A stretch of DNA of 64,000 nt from Takakia lepidozioides (taxonomy: Eukaryota; Plantae; Bryophyta): contig CM060733.1 in the NCBI GenBank assembly GCA_030704615.1, forward strand, positions 36,890,001-36,954,000, written 5' to 3'. This document shows, one piece after another, positions 26,462-39,942 of this stretch. The position numbers were made by a program, and so were the translations under genes. Positions within the stretch are counted from its first letter, which is position 1. Each line of letters begins with the position of its first letter. Below the pieces are notes generated by a model that was given only the letters and a program-made list of their open reading frames with translations, did no database searches and was not told the DNA's origin.

Positions 26462-27986
26462 ATGTCCACCACAACTACGACGTCAGAGAGGTCAGAGAGT
26501 GCAGCTAGTGAGGCGGTGGATTCACATGCAGGTGAAGTACCTGCGACGCAGACTCATGATGTTGGGAGGAGACCTGGAAAGAGACCACGACAGACCAATT
26601 GGTCTGACAGTGAAAAGCACTGGTTTGCCGTGGCCAAGAAAGAGGAATGGCAGGCATGGAAGGAATCTTCTGCCCGGGGGAATATGGTCGTGGACAGGGT
26701 CAAGTGGGAAAAGGTAGTTCGATTCTTGGAGAGCCACAGGGTGAGGGGCCGGGATGTGGTCAGCTGCACCAACAAATGGAATATGATAGCAAAATTGTAC
26801 AGAGATATCCGAGGACATCAGCTCCACGCGACAGGCAATCAGGATTATTGGGGCATGGATGGTAAGGAGCGCGTAGCTCTAGGCCTTCCAAAGGCATTCA
26901 CCAAGGAGCTATACAGCGATATGGACTTTTTGGCGGAACGAGCATGCAATGCTCCGCGAGCCACTTCGAGCAGCATGCACATGCACATGCAGGTAATTTC
27001 TAATTTGCTTTGGTTGGTTCAGAATGTAGAAGTGGGAGCTGCCCAAATGCTGAATGAGGTGTTTTAGGTCTCCATGGTAGTTCTATGAGACGAATTACCG
27101 TGCCAAAGTAGAGTGCGATTCTTGAGGGTCTCTTTGAATGGAAGATAGACATCTAACTCTCCTTCTCTGTCAACAGCATAGACATCCTCCAACTCTAGTG
27201 CCCAGTCCTGCAATAAGCAACGACATAGTCACTACAAACTCCACACACCTCCGAGTAGTTCTTTTTGTTGATTGAACATACACAGGATATAAGCCCAATT
27301 TTATAAACAAAACCCTCTATTCTGTAGTGCTCATGTACTGTGTAATGTGCAAATAACTATCAAAGTTTAAACAGGGACCCCGTCACAGGATTGTAGCCTG
27401 TCTCTACACTTGCAAAGGCTGCAAGCTCTAGGTACTTTGTATACAATAATGCCAGAACATTCAGGGCTAGACCCCTTGGAACCCTCATGGAATCAATATT
27501 CTAGCTGACCATGAATTCAAATTTAAGTTCCATTTTCTGGGCATGCAGATTGCCATGGAGGTTGAGCCACCGATCATGCAAGTTGCGACCCCTACATCTC
27601 AGGTTGAGCTTCATGATCCGTCCTTGGAACAACCTGCAGCGGGTACTGAAGGATCGGATGCAAATGTCGAAGAACCTGCAGTTCCACCTCGAGGACGGCC
27701 TCCAATGCCACGTTACATGCGCACATCGGCTGCTCCCTTTTCGAACTCCACTGGAAAGAAAAAGAAATCAACGGCTGGCGCTGACCTTCTGAATGCATTC
27801 AAAATTGCGAGTGAGAGCATGGCTAAGAACTTGGAGGAGGAGCGGAAAGAGAAAACCGAAAGGTTTGAGAAGAGTTTACAGTTGCAAAAAACCATGTTCG
27901 AGTTGGAGGTAAGAAAGGCTGAGATCACTGTTAATGCAGAGCAAGAGGCATTAACGGATAGGAGGGAAGCATCCGTGGACCGATGA
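26462..27986 (+). CDS. Harbinger Myb/SANT-like (trihelix) DNA-binding protein, ~322 aa; exons 26462-26992 and 27549-27986
   Basis: NWSDSE..KWEKVVRFL..RDVVSCTNKWNM..YW.M...ER..LGLP motif, a phase-0 GT-AG intron and a C-terminal coiled coil. The terminal TGA may be premature. Confidence 0.8.
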
Positions 27987-29699
27987 ACCATGGTTAGTCA
28001 CTTTGGGAGACTTGTTGAGCATTTCAGGAATCTTGTGGACAAGCAGGGACGTCCAGGCCAACCCAATAGTGGAGATAATAGTTAGAATTCTTTGTTGAAC
28101 TGAGATGAATGAGGCACATGTAGCTGGGAACACCTATTGTGTCTTCCAGAGATGACCGTTGTATGACCTTGACGGCAATAGTGTGTGCAATAGGAAGGGT
28201 ATGTGCATATCTCCATCGAGTGACAAGTGAGCCATTTCTTTGACTGTGATTTTGAGACATTTGATAATCTCTTTCACTTTTGTGATCTTGGTTGTCAAAA
28301 AACGCAACTCACCCTCACTCTTGTGTTACCCTGGGATGTTTTGTTTCTTGACTGCAATCTACTACTTGCTTCTGTCACTGCTGGCACATGACATTTCACA
28401 TGGCAATTCTTCCATGTTGTCACTCGACAATGTAGTATTTGCTGGTTCTTACATGCATCTTCCCACTATCATTCTTCCTCTTCGTGTGTGCGATTGCACC
28501 ACTTCATTACGCTGCTCAGTGAGCAAGTAGCTCTTCGTTCTCTATGTATTGTGTGTGTGCGCATTTACGAATGTCGGTCATCATCCTTATCCTCATGTAC
28601 TCTAACCCTGAATCGCCACAATCACACCTTTGAAGTAGGGCTGCAAGCTTGGAGGAGATTTTTTTGGATCTTGACCTCTTCTCAGTGCTAGTTCTCAGGC
28701 TTGCACCCAGGTGTTGGGTTTTGTGGGTGATTAAGATGTTTGTGTATGAAGCCAGGGCCTGCAAGATCTCAAAATGATAGAAATGGTAACCAAGAAGAAA
28801 GAAATGTTGGATTCACACGTGTTGTTTGTGCACTGTTTCTACTGTTCATGGGAAACCTGTGTGCTTGTGTGTCTAGTTGGAAGAACGTCGATAATTTTGA
28901 CTTATTCATTTGTATGGTTGCGGATGATTGCCACCATTGTCTTTGTCTTCCTTTAATCTGGCTGATGTGATTGACCAGTACATTTTCTTGGACAAATTTC
29001 TAGTTGGTGGGTTAGAGTCCCTGGCATCCAAAGCCAATGTGAGATTGTTGTGATGGTGTGGACATAGGCAAGACCGTGCCGATGCTGTTGACATCCTCGT
29101 GAAGGATCTCAAGGTGTTCTAGTCCTCTTTTAACGAGGAGCAATATTGGACATTACCCAGCTTCTTAAAAACTTCAGGTTTGCCCAATGTTTTCTGAAAG
29201 CTCCCCCCCCTATCTATTGTATGCTTCATTGCCACGTAGGAGTGAGGTCTGTTGACTGGTCTCCTTAGGGATTGGCATCAAATGGCGGGTGTGTTTCCAA
29301 GACTTGCTAAAGCTGATTCTTGTCGGGAAATTAGAATTCTATGTTCAGCTTTGTATTGCTGGGATTTTCACTCATGTATGTTGCTCCAATGTCACAGGCA
29401 GAGAAAAGATACATGAAAAGATTTGTTTTCAAAGAGTGCTCACTTGACTCTTAAAGTTGCTAGCCAGTAGTTTCAGAGCTTTTGACTCTGAAAGCTTGCT
29501 GGCACAGGTAGTTGCCAAACACTTCAGGTGTTCAATGTTTGTCCTCAACCATCATGTGACTGACATTCCCCATTGTTGAATGTCACTAATGGGTGAACGA
29601 TTCCCTTACAACATAGATCTAGACATTCTCTCTCGAAGCAAGGACATAGCCCAAACATTGTGAATGATTGGCGGAGCGACCACATTAAGCAACTCTCGA

Positions 29700-31070
29700 G
29701 GTCAATGTGACACAAGAGCCTGTCATTGAACCAACACTTCTCAACCTCTCAAATGGGGCCTTTCAGAGTGCAGTGAGGCCTTTAAGACGAAGAAAACGTA
29801 CTACAGACAGCTCAGTAGGTGCCCAAGATGGTGGAACGGCACTGGAAAATAACTCAACTAGATCAGGTGGATCAGGTGGATCAGGGGAGACGATTTTACT
29901 CGCCACTGCCAGTGCTGATGGAAGGTAAGACCACACCCTCTTGCTTTCCTATGCAACAAAGATGCCTTTAGAACTGGGTTTTCCAGTATAGTGACATGAT
30001 TAAATAAGCCCGATACATGTATAGGGGTTGATGACCTTTGGCATACATCAGTTGTCATTGACCTTTGGCAGGAGGTCAAGCTGAAATATTATCTGTTCTT
30101 GTGATTGCAAATTAAAGCTTTATGGTCTTTTCAAGTGCAACTTTGTCATGTTGGTGATTGGCAAGTCCGAAAACCAGACAGGCAGAATGCATGTGCTGAA
30201 TTATCTAACGTTATTGATTTAACAACCCTAGGTTTTTGAGAACTTGTAACATTATAGAACATAGCAATCGTCCCCTTGCTGCACAAGACAGCATGATTAC
30301 ATGATCCCTGCCAAAACGGTCCAACTGTTGTTGTATACTAAACTGGCATGATCAATGTCTGAAGAAGATTTGAAAATTTTATGTTCTACCTCTGGTCACC
30401 ACCAATTGGACGCAGAGTAGTAGCATTGAGCAGAGCTCTAAAAGGCATGGTATGGTGGAAGTGGCTCTCTACACAGTCCGAAGTCTACCTTGTCTAAGGC
30501 TGAACGTTAAAATCAACATTCTCCCAGTCACTATAACATTCATCATTCCAATATTTATCCTTGGCAGGTAGCAGATGCAGATCTTGTCCCCATGAGTTCA
30601 TTTGCACTTACTGTATCGGAAGTGGTCCCAACAAGAGTGCTTTTGGCGGTTGGAAAAGGGTCGGGGAAAATTGTTGTGTGGGAATTTGACATGTCATGGT
30701 ATTGTTGCCAAATGGCAAGCCACTTGCGAGCACATGATCGAGTGATAAGAATCTACTGTCCATCAAGTGTGGTTAAGGTGACCATAGTCTCTAGAGTTTG
30801 ATCATCCTAGGTGAGATGATGAACCCTGTTATATTAGGAGATCCCATTCTGACATCATATTGGACGAAATCAATTAGCAGTCAGAAAACCAATACAGTGT
30901 CCATTGCCTGCACTCATTTATGAGGAAATTTACCCATTAAAGTATGCTCCTGATGTAAATACTTTTATCTTCCATGAAACAAGCAGCACTCATCTGGGCT
31001 CATGGTTATGGTGGTAGGTGACAAGACGGATATGGACGCATGATGGGCGACAGTGCATCATAATAGACAT
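29700..31070 (+). pseudogene. Captured host-gene fragment inside the Harbinger: WD40 protein resembling the plant TFIIIC 90-kDa subunit
   Basis: Exon-like pieces ILLATASADG(R)|gt, LLAVGKGSGKIVVWE..AHDRV and VT..WTHDGR are separated by intron-like DNA. Confidence 0.55.
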
Positions 31071-31671
31071 GTAGACACATAATTTTGCTTGCAACCCTTC
31101 TAGTAAGAAGGTGTGCTGCTAGCCATTGTTGCCAATTACTTCCTGGAATAAACTCTGGCTTTCCTCAGTCAATGACACTGCAGGTTCTAGAGAAAGATAA
31201 AGGTCTAGAGAAAGGTATCGATCATTGTTATGAACCTACTCAGGTTTCATGTACAGAGTGTCTAACTTCTGAGGGCAGGAACACAAAACTTGCGTTTTTA
31301 TCTCAGCCACCAACATTTGCAAGGATGTCGTCTGAAAATGAAGGAGAAGAAGAAAAAATGGAGAAAAAATGCAGTTGACCTACCATCACCCATTCACAAA
31401 TCTCCAAAGTCTCCCTGCCATACCCAGTACACAAACAGAGTACACATTAGTTCCCAACTAATTCTGAATTTCATCTTCATGCTCAAGCAACACGGTCTCT
31501 TTTTCAAACTTCAGACCCTTGATTTCAGATTTGGAGACGTTAAAATATGTTTGTGTGAAAGGTGATCATGCTCTCATATGGCCACAAAAGAATCCATGAA
31601 ATGTCAAAAAAAAAGAATCCTCGAAAGCACTAACCTTATCATGCGTGTAAAATGTGACGACAAACAATCTC

Positions 31672-32993
31672 TCATAGCTCAGCACCTATATACAGGCCCC
31701 TATTGACAGCTGGCTCTTGATCATGAGCTAGGTGATCTCGCTCCCTGATTGCTTCAAGCGCATCCATCTCGTTGAATACATCCTCAAAATCCACTTCTTT
31801 GAAGTCCACAAGTATGTTGTAAAGGATGCAACATGCATGGACCACCTGTGGTAGAAATTTAATATCAAGGCCACTTCTCCAACCCACTTCTTTGAAAGGT
31901 ACCTTTGAGCCGTCCAAATGCAATCTCAGCATAAATCCTCGTTTTTTACAACTGATGGTTGAACACGGTCTTGGCTCTAGAGAGTGCTGGAGCATTGGCA
32001 GCTCTTTTGTAGCTAGGGACAGCCAAGGAAGGCAGGGATATATGGCATCCCCGAGAATGATAGGTGGGATAGTCTGGCCATTGTCCAAAATAACACTTTC
32101 TCCCCGCAATATAGTTCCTTGAGAAGCCGGATAGAAGAGTGGGGAGTTGCGCAACACTCTCGAGTCATTCATACTTCCCGGCTCCCCAACATAAATATTT
32201 ACAAATTTTGCACCAGGATTGACAATACCCTGCAACACCATTGAGTAGTATCCAAGTCTATTGCGATAGTCGAGTTTGATATTGTTTGCAGGGGCTTGAA
32301 TCCTGATTTGCGTACAATCGATTACACCCACTACATTTGGAATTCCAGATCTACGTTCGTTTTCGAGCATGGATGTCTTTAGGGTATCACCAGCCTCCCA
32401 TCGAAGGTGGTGACCTAACAAAGACACAATAGCAGGTACAACTTGATGTAAGAGCTCATATAGTGTCGCTGCACCAATTCCAAATGCTTCTATTATTTCA
32501 ACAGTAGTTGTTGCCCATATCAATTTGTACAATACAGCCCCGACCTGCATGGGAACAGATAAGCATTTGCGATAATTAGTGTCTTGCAGAGATATCGAAG
32601 GAGCAAGAGCATTGCATAGCCAGTTGAAGGTACCTGAACTCATTTTCATGATCATGAGCCATCGAGCATCATCATACTCCAATAGAAATTCCTGAAACCA
32701 TGCTCGAGACCTATGCTTCACCCACATCCCAGATGAAATACAACCTCTAGGTTTGCAAAACTTGATAATGAAAAGTGTGTCAAGCGCTGAATGCCATTGC
32801 TGGATGCATTGGTCAAGGGAATCATCTTTGTCCACGTCCATTCCATGGACTTGGGAAAGTGACGCATCCACATGCAACTTGGTGTCTTGGACCCTAACCC
32901 AAAGAGCTCTGGAAACTGATCCATCATGTATTGCATGAGGACGAGAATCTCAGCAAATGCTAAGAAGACATCCTTGTCCATCATGGGTTCCAT
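31672..32993 (-). pseudogene. Harbinger/HARBI1-like DDE transposase, frameshifted
   Basis: GVIDCTQI, YSMVLQG, PGSMNDSRVL, GDAIYP and ACCILYN are present. The third catalytic motif FNHQL*KTRIYAEIAFGRLKG lies in a shifted frame with a stop, and there is another frameshift near 32880. Confidence 0.9.
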
Positions 32994-33911
32994 CCTGTGA
33001 GTTAGGCCCCCACCTCTTGCTTGGAAAATAGAATATGATAGCCTTCTTGTCCCAAAATGATCAATAGTTGCTCTCCAAATTCATGTTTCCCAACACGCAT
33101 AAAAGCACTGGGATTACAAACACCATTGCCAACAAGTCTGCGCACCAAGGGTGTAGACCTGCGCCACCCACCATAGCATTATATTTATACATTGCAAAGA
33201 CCAGGAGAGCAAAGATCGAAAAGAGATCAAGGAACTTCCGAGATTAAGTCAGAACCTTGTCTCTTGCAATTGGCAAAATGATACAACTGAAGTCAAATCA
33301 ACGAAGTGGCCTTTGTGACCCTTCCAACCCAAGTGACTCCTCAGCTCGAGCTACCAAAAACCTGATCCAGCAGTGCTTGAAAGCCTCGAGTACATTGTGC
33401 TCCTGGCCCAAATGTGCTCCTGGCTCGTGATCTTGTCTCGTCGTTGCTCCTTTGGCTATGGCGAAAAAGAAAGAGGCGCGAGAAAATGGCGAGAGGAAGT
33501 TGGGCAGGGGCAGGCAAACGTATGTTTAAAACTAACAATATGCACTTAAACACATGTTAAGCTAAAATGTTGGTGCGGCAGGGATATTGTTCGTTGGAGC
33601 AGCTGTTATGAAAACGGGGTTGCTAACCGTTAGCAGGTGTTCTACGCTAACAACCAGGTGCGGCGGGGGCCTAAGCAGTTTATAGTCTAATTATTAGTGC
33701 TAATCTGCGGAATCGAGTCTGCAGGAAGTGTGGTATGACCAGGATTTGTGAACTGTCAGTGAGAAAGGGCCAAAGATGAGGCTCAAAGGTAAGCCAACAC
33801 TCCAAAAACCCCATGTTAGGACTATCCTAGCCCCTATTTCCATTTCTATCGTGTGGGTAGGAACTCTCTTTCCTTCCCATGATTTCCCCAACATATTTCT
33901 ATTAACATAGA

Positions 33912-34370
33912 CTAGGGTAGCATGTGTCCAATGTCCAATAGACTAGGGTAGCCCAAGTGTCCAATGTCATCTAAGTCATCCAAGTCTAGTTTTTTTTTTT
34001 TTTCCACAAAGCCTACGACCGGATTTGAACCGGAGACCTTTCCCTTGATATCTCTCTTGTCGAGGCACCAACCATTGTCCCAGGAAAGCCCACTTTGCAA
34101 TTTTTCATGAATTTCCAACTACCCAAAGTACTTGAAATTCCACATCTCCCACACTGCAGGTCCAAAAATCGTGAGACCAAGCCCGTGCACCCCTCCTCGT
34201 CGAGGGCTTTCCAACGGGACCAAGCACTAGCGCTGGGGCCTTGCGGTTTGGGACATCTCAACGCTACAAAACAAAACAAAACAAACAAACAAACCGACAA
34301 ACCGGCTTGCTTCATATATTGACTAGGGTAGCCTGTGCCTGTGCCGTTGTAGCCTGTGCCGTCGACAAGG
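33912..34370 (-). mobile_element. Short non-autonomous Helitron-like repeat
   Basis: On the minus strand it starts TCaatatatgaag, contains a (GTTT)n tract, and shows repeated ...gctaccCTAG|T ends (gactagggtagc near 33911, 33941 and 34321). Confidence 0.4.
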
Positions 34371-34699
34371 CCAGCTTAAGGCAACTAGAAGAAGAGCTAA
34401 GCACAACCTGATGTAGATGGTGGAACAAGAATATGAGTTGTTTCATGCTATCCCTATGTCAAAAATGCGTACTGAAATAGTGAGAGGGTTTGTTGTGGTG
34501 GGTGTGTTGTGGCAGACAAGATGCATGAGGGGGACATCTTCATGCCCAGGGTATGGAAGAGGCAGCCCAAGACGTGGCACTCGCAGAGGTGGCTAGAAGT
34601 TGGTGCTTTCAATCTGAACCCGCGTTCACCACGATTCCAACAACGACAGCCTGCTTCACGCATTCCACGCCAAGGAGGGTATGGTGCCAAGTATGGTGA

Positions 34700-35860
34700 G
34701 GATTCATATATTGCCCCCATGCCGCCGCCTACTTATGGTATATGAGTTGCTCCACCCCCACAGTATAGGCCTCGACCCCCCCCCCCCCCCCCCCCCCTCC
34801 CCCCGTCACTATGCTGATCCAGGGATGCTTGGAGAGTATGGTGAGTATGGCGAGTATGGCGAGTACGGTGAGGGTCATGAGGATGATGATGAATATCCCC
34901 CACAGCCGCAACAAGCGTAGTATGCTGCCTTGAATTGGGGGGGTCGTTCGGCCTGGCCACAGGAAGGGCAAGTCACAGATTACAACGAGGAGGAGTCTGA
35001 TCATGTGGAGGAGGCTGCACCTCTAAGTGTCAGGGAGCGGCACAATGCCAGAAGAAGGGCTAACCGGGCTGCAAAGGCAGCTGCAACACAACAAAAATTG
35101 GATTGTGTAAAGCAGGGGCTTCCCGGACATACAATGATAATGCTGGCTGGGCATGGAGAGCCCATTAATCCTGAGAAATTTATGGATGATAGGGCTGAAA
35201 GGCCAAGTCCTTCGTTTTCTTGATTTTACAAAGCACGTGGACCAACAAAATGAGGTTGTTGTCCATCTCATTAACAAGAATTTGGCTGATATGTACACCT
35301 ACAGCCCTGGCCAATTGGATTTGAGCATATGAGGGAAATAGCTAACAAGATGCTCAAAACAACTAGATACGATCTACATCGTTTGTTTAAAAATAGTGAG
35401 GGAAAATCTGCCAATGTGTCTGATTCCCAATGGGATACTCTTGTAAAGTACTGGTCATCACACTCTTTCGCAAAAGTATCTCAAAATATGAAGAAAGCCA
35501 ATTCCTACATTCAAAAACCAACCAAGACGAGGCGTGGTGGCAAGGCAGGTGTTGAAGCACGTCTAGTGAGCATCTCAGGCACCATTGAACTTCAGTTTCG
35601 ATTTCATTTTTTGGATAGGGAAGGGGATATTGATAGGCAAGGTACTAAGGTATCCCTATGCATGCAGGCTGACTCAAGTGGCCGGAGCCCTTCTCTTCAG
35701 GAGATCCAAGATGAATTTGTCCGTAAAGCAGCCCACTCCGAATACCAGGTAAGTGCACTTGTATATACATTTTGTCCCTTGTGGCATTACCTTTGGTTTG
35801 GTGATTGTCCATTGCTTTCAGTTTGCCTCTAGCATCTCATTTGTTCATGTTGTTGACAGG
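34700..35860 (+). pseudogene. CACTA/En-Spm TnpA-like (Ptta/Transposase_24-type) remnant
   Basis: VSDSQWDTLVKYWSS..VSQNMKKAN..TRRGGKAG motif in ORF 35329-35832; upstream frames are broken. Confidence 0.6.
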
Positions 35861-37488
35861 ACCAAAATTCTGCCATACGGACTTTGTCAAAGCTACTAAC
35901 CCCCAACCGTTGAACGGGCCCTACCTTGCACAAAATTAAGATCCGTGCAAACTGCCAACTGTCACGTAGAAGGTAAGCTACCGACCTAAAAAATGCCACC
36001 TAGAAGTTATTTTATTGGAGGACTTTTAGGGATAACAATTCATTTAACTTCCTAAAATACAAGATTCCTTTCTAGGAGCATACTTTTCAAGATTCAGGAA
36101 AAAGCCTCCACGGCCTCCCTGGTGGTTATTTTTTCCACCATTTTGTGAACCTTATTTTGATTTAATTTGATTAAAAGGGCCTCTGTCCCCCTTTCCTTTA
36201 AAAAAAAGAATTAAAAAAAGAAGAATAGTTTACTTGTGGCAGGTTCCTTCCTAGGCCTCTCATTTTAAGATAATAGGGTCTTCAATGTGCACGTGCGATG
36301 TGGCCGGTGGGCCCCGCACACGGACGACCGGCTCCCCAGCACCCCGCCCGCCCCGCCTGTCACGCACCTCACTTCGGTAAGCTCCCCTTCAAGTCATAGT
36401 TACTCGCTTTGATGCGCGCGCCTAACTCCCAACCTAGCCGCTGGGCCAACTTGGAGCTTCGGCTGCTCACCGGGGCATAACGGTCCCCCTTTGTTCTCCC
36501 AAAGAACCCTCCACCGATTTGGGCCAAGCGGGAATTCCCTTGGTAGTTGGCAGTCCGGAACAGCTCCCCACTCTTTGGTCGCTTTCCGGCTCGCTCGCTT
36601 ACTCACTAGTTTTTGGTCACCAATGGGCTTGCACCGTTCTCGGGGTTACTACTCCCTATATATACTTCTGTAGCTGTCCGCGGGGGTTTCACAAACAACC
36701 ATGCCATTTTATGGCGAACCACCACGAAAACCCTCGACTCCCGGTGATGAGTCGCGGTGAGTCTTGGCCCATCCACCACGGCCCCTATGGACCGTGATGA
36801 GTCCCAAGACTCCCCACGACTCCCACCACGAGGTCTCCGCCCCAAGGTGAGTCATATGCCACCCCCACTAAGTCCCGCTAAGCTACCACCACCCCTTTGT
36901 GAAGCCACCCCCACCGCATCCCGGTGTGCGGGGCTCCACCTAGTGAGCACCTCCGCCTCCTTGAGTGCCTTGGGCACTCAAGGGTGCTTCAGCCCCCCGT
37001 TCCTATCGCTGCCACTGCCCCCACCACAGGGGCAGCCCCTCATGTGTCCCGACCCCCCTACCCTCAAGGCAAAGGGCCGCGACACCGCCCGCCACTGCGT
37101 GCGGTTGCCCAGCCGCAGGCGCGGCTGCAGCAACCGCGCCCGCGCCCCCGTCCGTCGCGCGGCCAATCCCCTGCCCATGAGTCCGCTGCCCTCCAGTCTG
37201 CCAGTCCGCTGCCCAGCAGTCTGCTTGTCCGCCAGTCTGCCCGCCAGTCCGCCGGCCAGTCCCCTGCCATCCAGTCCGCTGACGGTGCAGGATCGCCACC
37301 GTCCATTCCCATAACCCATCCGAGCCCTCCATTTTTAGGGCTGCAATTCAAACCTGCATCCCTAACGCCTGCCACTTGCCAGCAGCCGCGAACATGCGCA
37401 CTGTTCTCCTGGCACGTTGTCGATCGTGTCCTGTACTGCGGCGCGTTTCTTGCATGTTCAGAAGCGTGTCCTTTGTACTGTATAGGGC

Positions 37489-38672
37489 ATGGACGTGGAA
37501 GCAAAACCCGATGATATACTGATCACGGAAAGCCCGCTTATACGGCCTCTTCGACAATGTTTGCAAACAGCAAAACCAGGACCCTTCAATAGGAAGGATC
37601 TCCATTGGAAGAGTGAGACGCAATATGGGTTTATGGGTGTGCGAGTGAATGTTGAAAAGGCCTGCATACCTTGGGATAGAGTTGGTGACTTCGTCCTGGG
37701 AGAGGAGAGTTTGGAGGACTACCCCACTCAGTTTTGGGTGAATGTCCATTCTAAAGTGGAACCCGGCTCGCGAAAAGCACCCAGAGCCAACACATTTATG
37801 TCCAGTATTATGTGTGCACCATCCTCAGTCCTTTTGACGTTTCATTGCATGTCTGTTGCCATTTTTTGTTTCACGAGTTCTCCGATTTTATGCTTCCTCA
37901 AGTCGTTGGATATCGATTTTAGAATTTTCTGTCCAGGTATCAATGCTGCTACGGTCCTGATGACAAGCGTACCAACAAGGCAATAGTGGAGGATCCAAAA
38001 TAGAAGCGTGGAGGACCTCTTGTGGGTGCTGGAACATCTTGCCCTCATAAAGGCCCAAGGAGAAAGAAGTCGGAGTATGGAGAGTCTTACAAACGTGGTT
38101 GCCAATGTTGTTTCAAGGTCCAGCAATGCTATCTTGCCCCTGACATCTGTGTCCTCACGTACTACAACAACATGGAGCATACAGATGCGCAAGGGAAACC
38201 CTCGCATGGGAAGTCCGCAGAGTTCAGGAACACCCGCCACGCCTATGCACCACTTATTAGCGAGGAATTGAAAGCCTGGGTCGTCGAGTGTTTGTGCCGA
38301 GGCCTGTCGGTCGCCCAAATCATGATGGAGCATAAAGAGCACGTGATGAACAACACCGGCTTGGGCGATGCATTGACCCACGATGATTTCTTGTTGGAGC
38401 AAGATGTTCGCAACCTTGCCGAGAAACGTGCGTGACAAACCTTCAAAAAGCACGCCGATGATGCAGAGAGTGTGCGCATGTGGAGAGATCAGAATCCTGC
38501 GTCCGTTTTTTTCTATCAAGAGGAGAAATTAGAGCCAACATTCGAGCATTTTGATGGAGATTTGACCTTCACTATTGGCATACAGACTCCGTGGCAGAAA
38601 CGACGAATGCTGGAACTAGGACATGACCGTATCGTTGCATGTGATGCAACCTTTGGGACAAATCATGACAAG
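37489..38672 (+). pseudogene. MULE transposase, 5' half
   Basis: IPWDRVGDFVLGEE, YQCCYGPDD, KRGCQCCF..H..G..HG and IGIQTPWQ..GHDRIVACDATFGTN (first catalytic Asp), with in-frame stops. Confidence 0.85.
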
Positions 38673-38774
38673 GTACTATTCGAACGATTCCATGGACTTG
38701 TACGAGCATGATAGCATAGTACCATGCAACATTCACATAATTTGGTGTGCTGACTCTTTTTGTATGTTTTCATG

Positions 38775-39369
38775 TGTACATTGCGGAAGACCGTTCAAAA
38801 TACCTCCCCTACCGTCCTAACTTTGTCCATTACTAAACTCCAAGAAACGTAGCCACCAGAGCCCATGAGGACTTAGTCATTTTCCTGTCCCCTCTAATGT
38901 TCCCGCCAACTAGCTAGAAATAGCTGACAGCTAGCAAGAACCGATGGGTAGTGGACCTAGCTCTAGTAAAATAGCGTATCCACCGCTTTAGACATGGCCA
39001 AATATAGCAAGGATAACAGCCATAGCTGCAAGTTGTGTACAACACCACAGCGTGAGCTCGGCGCTCGAGACGTAAGCGAGACTGTGATAAGAGAGTACAA
39101 CGTAGCACAAGGAGAAGGGAGCGGTGCGGCCAATGAGCGCATCGGCACGAGAAACATACAAGCACACAACAAGATCCAGGATGTGGAAAGGCTATCCACT
39201 TTACCTCGATGCGTTTCCCAGAGAAGGCTATGTCTCATCACAAACAAGGCTCTACAGGGGCAACTCTACAGGCTCCTCCACCCCCTCTACTGCCTCTCTC
39301 TAACCCTTCTTCTTAGCTTTATTTTGATGGATTCCATGAAGTTTTGCAGTTTTCAGACCGAATGTAGCA
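38775..39369. mobile_element. ~600-bp insertion in the transposase intron (solo-LTR- or MITE-like)
   Basis: TG...CA ends with imperfect inverted termini tgtacattgcgg / ccgaatgtagca; no TSD recognised. Confidence 0.35.
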
Positions 39370-39372
39370 CTC

Positions 39373-39942
39373 CCATCTTACACAAGACCTGCTGCTACGA
39401 GGAACTACACACGCCCACATGGTCGAGCCAACGACCTGGTATTCTGGCTATCCATCAGAACGCGCCCCAAGCACTTGTGTGCCTGCACAGAGGGTCAAAC
39501 CGACAGCTTGTTACGTCAGTCTGTTCAGTACATGAGGCTTCCCGAAGGATGGTCTGCTCTGTGCAGGATGGGTGCTCGGTTTGGCAAAGCACATGCTCTG
39601 CACGTGAAGGCGGGTAATTACATGCTGATGTTTTTTGAAGGGGACCCACGGTTTGAATGCGGACTGTTGCCGGATGACATAAAGGCACTCCAAAAGGTTG
39701 AGTCGGAGTGCACTGATAGACTCCTGGAGCTGTGGTGTCAATTCTATGAGAAGTCGGTTGAGGCTACGTTCACCAACACTATTGCTGTTCTTCCAACGTC
39801 GACGTGGACGGTGTTGAAGTCATTGGGGGTGGGGCAACATGAAAGCCTTCTGGAGGTCTTGAAAGGTTGCCTCAGTACTGAACGACTGGGCAAGGACTTG
39901 AAAGAGTGCGATTTCATTTTGGTGCCAATTGGGGACGAGTAA
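39373..39942 (+). pseudogene. Ulp1/peptidase C48-like fragment, the inverted distal part of the MULE accessory gene
   Basis: LLPDDIKAL..CTDRLLELW..TSTWTVL..CDFILVPI, followed by a GT donor. The catalytic His/Cys exon is not found. Confidence 0.55.

Larger units (their letters stand above)
26300..33671. mobile_element. PIF/Harbinger DNA transposon, decayed; left end not identified
   Basis: Convergent Myb-like gene and DDE_Tnp_4-type transposase. The right end ...caggtgcggcgggggcc is followed by TAA, and the flank beyond it matches the uninterrupted site at 12497. Confidence 0.8.

Noticed and set aside
34010-34090. tRNA gene suggested by the B box GGTTCAAATCC (likewise 13572-13650)
   Set aside because: No convincing acceptor or anticodon stems; embedded in repeats.
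36757-37514. Multiple overlapping GC-rich ORFs (also 48905-49679)
   Set aside because: They arise from the GC-rich subterminal inverted repeats and show no protein-family motifs.
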